The notes under the pieces: model-generated
Database searches by the model: none
The model's input: only the letters and a program-made list of their open reading frames with translations
Told to the model about the DNA's origin: nothing
Shown: in pieces, positions 60,401 through 64,000 of the stretch
Layout: the number at the start of each line of letters is the position of its first letter
Numbering within the stretch: position 1 is the first letter of the stretch
Made by a program: the position numbers and the translations under genes
Assembly (NCBI GenBank): GCA_035518815.1
Contig: DATIXG010000074.1
Span: forward strand, 441-64,440
Reading direction: 5' to 3'
From: Gemmatimonadales bacterium
GTDB lineage: Bacteria > Gemmatimonadota > Gemmatimonadetes > Gemmatimonadales > GWC2-71-9
Length of the DNA stretch: 64,000 nucleotides

Positions 60401-60575
60401 GCGACGTCCGCGGCCCGAGGCGGCCGCCGGGCTCGAGCGCGGCGATGACGGGGACGGCAATGGGCGCCGCGTGAAATGAGGCAACGAACTGGGGCGCCGC
60501 GGCTTGATCCTGAGCATGGGCGAGGGGTACGACGACCGACAGGGCGAGAAGACCGGCCAGGGTGGGGCGCCGCAT
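54477..60575 (-). CDS. Giant (2032 aa) outer-membrane beta-barrel protein, SprA-like (T9SS translocon family candidate)
   Basis: Signal peptide MRRPTLAGLLALSVVVPLAHA/QDQ. The N-terminal block VNVDFDSQREFDANNNIQVWYEGLEDEVLRRVEAGNVTFQMPRSRF...GVQAVAQIGALELRGIYAEQKGS matches my recollection of the conserved SprA N-terminal region. The rest is amphipathic beta-strand-rich throughout. The track ORF is over-extended to 61001. Confidence 0.6.
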   Translation of the reverse strand: MRRPTLAGLLALSVVVPLAHAQDQAAAPQFVASFHAAPIAVPVIAALEPGGRLGPRTSPELAAAAWEARVRASLSFQTGALASAAVLAALAARAAAESAGAAPPTPPPATHRGLLGPYADIGMQLNLRFELKADQFRNLRCSSLDELQALSGCSPGFPTITPTPQYAIRTGGTVAQRLHVNVDFDSQREFDANNNIQVWYEGLEDEVLRRVEAGNVTFQMPRSRFISAAIPANNFGVQAVAQIGALELRGIYAEQKGSVVQDRTFTIGQTTTEPVDRVARDAEYEPGRFFFTVDPALVPGYPAVDVLNLDPAALPTNVRVGSLRVYRLRATSPTSVINQNIGGVRAVACGAGTVLAVDCTAQRAGPFQWEVLQEGKDYYVDPSGEWFALATRLDQSDYLAVSYVPVGQEGCGIGSPCVGTYPIVANPNPTVVDTLRLVYDPRPALTAAAPSFRFEIRSAYRVGGAEITRETVRLTLTVNQREKTLTTGETYLARLGLALPSDPTKFDEYNRLFPRARDPDQGSPVRDYFIIFPHLTPFADSTKLAAGERNDSLYRTPRVLLLTQGSPAIFSLVLHASASLEGDRGSLSLNSFQIREGSERITVGGRQLARGDDYTIDYATGTVLFRNPDSLFTGGATQVQARFEERAAFAVAPTSIYGLAARYDLGERGEVNLTGLFQRQQSAFTRPPLGSEPSSNFIGGISTELHFKPDWVTRALDALPGLHTQAPSFLNVSAEVARSRPRPNPLGEATVEDFEGESGRFLTLDDAAWHWGSLPTTTRGAEPYGFSGVPFDTVNAAALTWQSVPYNRDGSPVQFSAQQIDPTIRTVGQAQSEEPALWIMLKPDTVLGLANATTGLPNWVRPHQDGPRWRSISQVLAPTGIDLSRVEYLELWVWEDSHRTAKANQTALLIDFGSVFEDATAFVPETLTVTGGDTTYGGYHRAGVGRLDTESDLLTRSWNAAINDEGILTDRVVDGIWNATTGALVDTLPLCSASVNGTIAHYGFGDLRSRCGRHNDAIDTEDGDGDFQLDSAAGVRTSESFVRYVFAIGDDRYYVRDGGMTPAKDSLGNPDGFAGWRLYRIPFRTDTLVQGTPSLRQVQDVRITVVAPHTAPAGRPDPQVYFGLSRVRLVGATWLKRADTPLRGISGSDATGTGDVVASTVSTENVDLGYTPPPGVTDEASRVDAGVQIGATQINERSLRVLGSGLERGQRAEAFLQFTTVGDKNFLKYRRMRVWARGRGAGWEEGDLHFYIKVAKDADNFYFYHAPAHVTTWEPEAVVDFSRWLALRASVEQAWLKGELPHVYPGCPDSVLVPSDSAYVMCDGPYVIHVRDPATGPPNLAAVRELAAGIWRVDTHTTVDQAELWVDDIRLSDVVQDAGTAAALDLTLIAADVGDFALSVSHKDDQFRQLAEDPSYSTDNGLSMGGTIQMQRFLPDRWGVVLPISVRYARTASDPFYLSGTDIQAAALGGALRTPQSTAMSYAATLRHARRSNSALMRYILDPFALSGSYLNGSTRSDLTYAKASSYAGSVDYALLPGSIRLAGVRVTPSAVRLQSTLAGADGSRFTYGVPIALPTDSLLAPALSQSKVWRTSGGLDFLPVTAVQLRGALSSGRDLRDYGDTTTRGRLVQQESQTFLGLNAGIETQRAMNTFLGLTPRVSDWLRPRFTLTTVFTFNRDPNAAAPVRDIGDTAGGFHIPTAYSNSRRANVGAQLDVRRLGQRVFGEKATATQLLGRLSNLDVSYGRGYSSSYFGAPDVPPLSYQLALGGIDDFRKQGDLLAGSASDNLNLNAAGALDLVLGLKLTANYLRTRGITWVVRGGEQVPLQTSNVEWPSGVVTWNLTPSGTRWVIRGLSARLTYRRRETDAAQALFGGGAAVSSTQTTETAIGPAVTLTWPGGVSTSYDLSQTTSDALNAGNLFHTSASVENASLIFSFRPPSVIMRLKGSIRANATYHASANTTCLQTAAQMTCVPYVDTRQRQAQLTLDTAFPPSLTAGFQMAYQLNDERQTNHKTGQLGVTLFVNFSTNVGQIR

Positions 60576-60578
60576 CCC

Positions 60579-60607
60579 TTGTAGAGGCGTGGAGGTGCGA
60601 ATATAAT
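60579..60607 (+). promoter_or_regulatory. Sigma-70-type promoter candidate (TTGTAG-17-TATAAT) in the sprA-like/lptF divergent gap
   Basis: A perfect TATAAT at 60602-60607 overlaps the track ATG of lptF (60606). TTGTAG lies at 60579-60584 with a 17-nt spacer. Confidence 0.3.
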
Positions 60608-62171
60608 GGCGCGACCGACCGTGCGCATCCTCAATCGCTACCTGCTGCGCCAGCATGTCGCTCCGCTCGCGTTCGCACTCGCTGCACTCACGTTCTTTCT
60701 CCTCATCCAGCAAGTCGCGAAGCAGCTCGGCAACCTCGTCGGGAAGGGCTTGCCGTGGGGCGTCATCATTCAGGTGTTCGCGCTCTCGATCCCGTTCATC
60801 GTGGCGACGACGCTGCCCATGGCCGTCCTCGTCGCCGTGCTGTACGCGTTCACGCGCCTCGCGACCGATAACGAGATCACCGCCATGAAAGCCGGCGGCG
60901 TCAGCATCTGGCAGCTGCTCCATCCCGTGCTGAGTGGAGCGCTCGCCGTGGCGCTCGTCGCCTTCGTCTGGAACGACCAGGTGCTCCCCCGGTCCAATCA
61001 TGAGCTGCGGATGCTGCTCATGGATATCCAGCGCAAGAAGCCGTCATTCAGCCTCAAGGAACAGGTCATCAACGAGGTCGTGGCAGGCCAGTTTTTTCTG
61101 CGCGCGGCACGAATCGACCCTGCGTCGAACAAGCTCAAGGATGTGACGATTTACGACCTGGGGGACGCCGAGCGACGACGGTTCATCAGCGCCGACAGCG
61201 GGCAGATGGCTTATACCCCCGGGGGGCAGGACTTATACCTCACGCTGCGCGACGGCGACATCCGTGAAGTGAAGCGCAGCGACCCCAGCCAATTCAATCG
61301 AACGTTTTTTCAGACGAACCGCATCCGGGTCGCCGGCGTCGGTAACACGCTGGAACGGACGGAGAACGACTCCTACCGCTCCGACCGCGAAATGGGCTCG
61401 TGCGAAATGCTGGGCATCGTCCGCGACACGAGGCGCGACGTGGCCGACGCGATGCAGGAGGGCCGTCGCGCGGTGCAGAGCGATCTGCGGCACCTGGCGG
61501 GCCTCGGGGCGCTGCCCGTGCCCCCTACGGTGAAGGCGCCGGCGGACTCGACGCCCGTGGGCGTCTACTGTCGCGTGCTCGCCTGGGTGGCGGGGTGGCT
61601 CAAACCCGCCACGGCGGCCGCGCAGACACCCGGCCGGCGCGCGGCGCGTCCCGCGCATCCTGCGCGTCCACCACTCCCACCGCCGCCGGCCCGCGTCCCG
61701 CTCGTCCAGAATCCCGTGCCGGGCCAACGCCCCCCGGCGGTCCTCAGCCCGGTATTGAGTGACGCAGCCGTCTCCGCGGCGCGGGTGCGCACCGATATCG
61801 CACTCGATCGCGAGGCGCGACTCACGGTCGAGATCCACAAGAAGTTCGCGCTCGCGGCGGCGTGCGTCGTGTTCGCGTTGCTGGGCGTACCGGTGGCGAT
61901 TCACTTCCCGCGAGGCGGCATCGGACTGGTGATCGGCGTGAGCCTGGTGGTCTTCACGATCTACTACATCGGGTTGATCGGCGGCGAGGAGCTGGGCGAC
62001 CACCGTGTGGTCTCTCCGGTGCTCGCCATGTGGGCCGCCAACGGGCTGTTCACGCTCCTCGCGCTCATCGGCTTCGTGCTCGCCCGCCGGCCCGCGCACA
62101 GCATCTCCGGCGCGAACTGGGCGGACATCGGAAGCGTGCTGCTCGGACCGCTGGCACGGCGGCGGCGGTGA
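60606..62171 (+). CDS. lptF: LPS export permease LptF (YjgP/YjgQ family) with Pro-rich insertion
   Basis: RILNRYLLRQHVAPLAFALAALTFFLL N-terminus; six TM in a 3+3 layout. The true start may be GTG 60621 (VRILNRYLL). Confidence 0.85.
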   Translation: MARPTVRILNRYLLRQHVAPLAFALAALTFFLLIQQVAKQLGNLVGKGLPWGVIIQVFALSIPFIVATTLPMAVLVAVLYAFTRLATDNEITAMKAGGVSIWQLLHPVLSGALAVALVAFVWNDQVLPRSNHELRMLLMDIQRKKPSFSLKEQVINEVVAGQFFLRAARIDPASNKLKDVTIYDLGDAERRRFISADSGQMAYTPGGQDLYLTLRDGDIREVKRSDPSQFNRTFFQTNRIRVAGVGNTLERTENDSYRSDREMGSCEMLGIVRDTRRDVADAMQEGRRAVQSDLRHLAGLGALPVPPTVKAPADSTPVGVYCRVLAWVAGWLKPATAAAQTPGRRAARPAHPARPPLPPPPARVPLVQNPVPGQRPPAVLSPVLSDAAVSAARVRTDIALDREARLTVEIHKKFALAAACVVFALLGVPVAIHFPRGGIGLVIGVSLVVFTIYYIGLIGGEELGDHRVVSPVLAMWAANGLFTLLALIGFVLARRPAHSISGANWADIGSVLLGPLARRRR

Positions 62172-63253
62172 AGACCCTCGACCGCTACCTCCTGCGCGAG
62201 TGGCTCAGGATCGTCCTCCTGGCGGAGATCGGCTTTCCACTCGTCGTGATCATCATCGACCTGACGGACAAGCTCGGCTCCTACCGCGCCCGCGGACTCA
62301 CGCGGGGAGCCGTGGCCTTGTCGTACGTCTATTACCTGCCGGAAGTGATGTTCCTCGTGCTTCCCGCCGCGGTCCTGTTTGCGACCGTCTTCACGGTCGG
62401 CCCCATGGCTCGCCACTCCGAGCTGACGGCAGCCAAGGCGTCCGGTCTTTCGTTCCACCGCGTGATTCGTCCTCTGCTCCTGGCCGCCGGAGGGGCCGTG
62501 CTGTTCGGCATCGTCGTGGGCGAGCTCGCGCCCGTGGGCACGCTGCGCCGCGCGGAGCTCTTGGGACAGCGGCCCGTGCGCTCGAGCGGCGCCACCCGCT
62601 CGAACTTCGTGTACCGTGCTGACGGGGGTTGGGTCTACGCGGTCCGGATCCTCGAGACGGGATCGGGAACCATGCGGGACATCATCATGGAGCAGTCCGG
62701 CAAGGGACCTGACTATCCGACGATCGAGATCGCGGCGGCACGCGCGAGCTATCAGCCCAAGGGACCGCACCGTGGCTGGACCCTGCTCCAGGGCACCGTC
62801 CGCTACCTGGAGGGTGGCGACAAAGAGACGGCATTCACGTTCGACACCCTCACGGTGCGCGCGCTGCGGGAGCGGCCGATCGACCTGCTCGCCGAGCCCA
62901 AGGCCCCCGAGGAAATGCGGTCGGCGGAGCTGGGCCGCTACATCGACGCGCTCGCGCGCAGTGGCTCCGATACGAAGAAGCTGCGCGTGGAGCGCGCGCT
63001 GAAGCTCGCTGTGCCATTTACCTGCATTGTCGTCGCGCTGTTCGGCGCGCCACTCGCCGTCTCCGGGCCGCGGGCCGGCACCGCCTGGGGCGTGGCCGTG
63101 AGCCTCGGCACCACGTTCGTTTTCCTCTTGCTGGTGCAGCTCACCAAGGCCGTCGGGGCCGGGGGCGTGCTGCCACCCGTGTTCGCGGCCTGGCTGCCCA
63201 ATCTGGCCTTCGGGGGAGCGGCAGTGTGGTTATTGAGGAAGGCGAGGACGTAG
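62168..63253 (+). CDS. lptG: LPS export permease LptG
   Basis: VKTLDRYLLREWLRIVLLAEIGF N-terminus. GTG 62168 overlaps the lptF TGA. The track ORF is over-extended to 61862. Confidence 0.85.
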   Translation: MKTLDRYLLREWLRIVLLAEIGFPLVVIIIDLTDKLGSYRARGLTRGAVALSYVYYLPEVMFLVLPAAVLFATVFTVGPMARHSELTAAKASGLSFHRVIRPLLLAAGGAVLFGIVVGELAPVGTLRRAELLGQRPVRSSGATRSNFVYRADGGWVYAVRILETGSGTMRDIIMEQSGKGPDYPTIEIAAARASYQPKGPHRGWTLLQGTVRYLEGGDKETAFTFDTLTVRALRERPIDLLAEPKAPEEMRSAELGRYIDALARSGSDTKKLRVERALKLAVPFTCIVVALFGAPLAVSGPRAGTAWGVAVSLGTTFVFLLLVQLTKAVGAGGVLPPVFAAWLPNLAFGGAAVWLLRKART

Positions 63254-63302
63254 ACGGTAAGGGGCGGTAGGGGACGGTAAGGGGCGGTAAGGGGCGGTAC
63301 GG
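63254..63302 (+). repeat. Imperfect tandem decamer (CGGTAAGGGG) x about 4.5, forming a G4 consensus
   Basis: acggtaagggg cggtagggg acggtaagggg cggtaagggg cggtacgg, immediately after the lptG TAG. A complementary arm ctcttaccgcccc lies at 63321-63333. Confidence 0.8.
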
Positions 63303-63323
63303 CAACGTGGCTGCTAGCGCCTC

Positions 63324-64000
63324 TTACCGCCCCCGCCCGCCTGTTGCCGCCCAGCCGTAGTACACAGGCACCCCGAGCGCAATCCCGCCAAAGGCCAGCC
63401 CCGTCGCACCCGGATGCTCTCGCAGCGCATTCACGAGGATGACGAGGGACGCGAGCACGAAGACGAGGGGCACCACCGGGTAGCCCCACACGTGCACGGG
63501 CCGAGGGGCGTCGGGCCGGCGCCGGCGCAGCACGAATACCGCCGCGGCAGCGAGCGCGTAGAACGGGAAGATCGCCACCACGAACTGATCGGCCAGCTCT
63601 TCGAACGACTGGGCCAGCACAAACGCGACGCCCAGGCATCCCGTGAGCGCAATCGCGACCGACGGCGTCTGAAAGCGCGGATGCACGCGGGCGACGCTCT
63701 TGAAGAACAGGCCATCGTCCGCCATCGCGAAGAAGATGCGCGGAGCGGTGAGCAGCGATCCGAGGAGCGTGCTGAACGTGGACACCATCACGACCGACGC
63801 CACGATCGTTACGCCGGTCCGGCCCACGAGCAGCTGTGCCGCGTCGGCCGCGATCAGCGGTGAGCCGGCCATGGTGCCGATCGGGATGAGATAGAGGTAT
63901 GCGGCGTTGACGAGGAGATAAATGGCGACGATCGCCGCGGTACCGAGAACCATGGCGCGCGGCAGGGTGCGCTCCGGATCCCGCACCTCTCCCCCCACGA
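63324..64000 (-). CDS. Amino acid/polyamine (APC family) permease, 3' portion; continues past window end
   Basis: Hydrophobic TM-rich C-terminal sequence with the RDPERTLPRAMVLGT motif typical of APC transporters. The frame is open to the window edge. Confidence 0.7.
   Translation of the reverse strand, partial: VGGEVRDPERTLPRAMVLGTAAIVAIYLLVNAAYLYLIPIGTMAGSPLIAADAAQLLVGRTGVTIVASVVMVSTFSTLLGSLLTAPRIFFAMADDGLFFKSVARVHPRFQTPSVAIALTGCLGVAFVLAQSFEELADQFVVAIFPFYALAAAAVFVLRRRRPDAPRPVHVWGYPVVPLVFVLASLVILVNALREHPGATGLAFGGIALGVPVYYGWAATGGRGR

Noticed and set aside
63254-63302. Short direct repeats as a possible CRISPR array.
   Set aside because: The units are about 10 nt and contiguous, without spacers. 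No cas genes are present.

Overview
High-GC bacterial chromosomal segment. Spot counts of single 60-nt lines gave 65-77% G+C; lines in nt 1-2580 gave only 53-58%. Coding is nearly continuous and almost all on the minus strand (883-60575, with one plus-strand exception at 48135-48866). My lineage guess is a high-GC member of the FCB superphylum such as Gemmatimonadota. This is inferred from a Thx ribosomal protein, a SprA-like giant outer-membrane protein and composition, and I cannot verify it here.

Contents in minus-strand transcription order (right to left):
- a SprA-like OMP translationally coupled to an M28/glutaminyl-cyclase-like lipoprotein
- comEA, then pilB-pilT-pilC, then Thx
- a multi-TM PAS histidine kinase plus a sigma-54 response regulator, whose stop overlaps the start of a GT2 polyprenyl-phosphate-type glycosyltransferase
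- five GT-C-like membrane glycosyltransferases, four of them TMTC/DUF1736-like paralogs with short TPR tails
- two near-identical tandem type IVa pilin genes, each with its own sigma-54 promoter and terminator
- a second kinase/sigma-54 regulator pair
- two consecutive minor-pilin sets (H-I-J-K, then I-J-K)
- pilMNOPQ plus an 845-aa Ig-repeat secreted protein
- aroC-aroK, topA-trmFO-xerC-hslV-hslU, argF-gcvT and a decayed mogA
- a c-di-GMP module: pseudo-receiver sigma-54 activator, Fe-S/hydrogenase-like GGDEF cyclase, hypothetical, HTH-receiver, HD-GYP

Plus-strand lptF-lptG and a partial permease close the window. I saw no rRNA, tRNA, CRISPR, transposase or prophage signal.

The most interesting candidate is the pilin-adjacent glycosylation island at 36382-44685. 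The SprA-like/cyclase pair and the 845-aa gene inserted after pilQ come next.

All protein calls rest on motif recognition by eye; no searches were run. The ORF track uses ATG/GTG/TTG starts and many of its ORFs are over-extended. I reset starts where a start codon overlaps the upstream stop.
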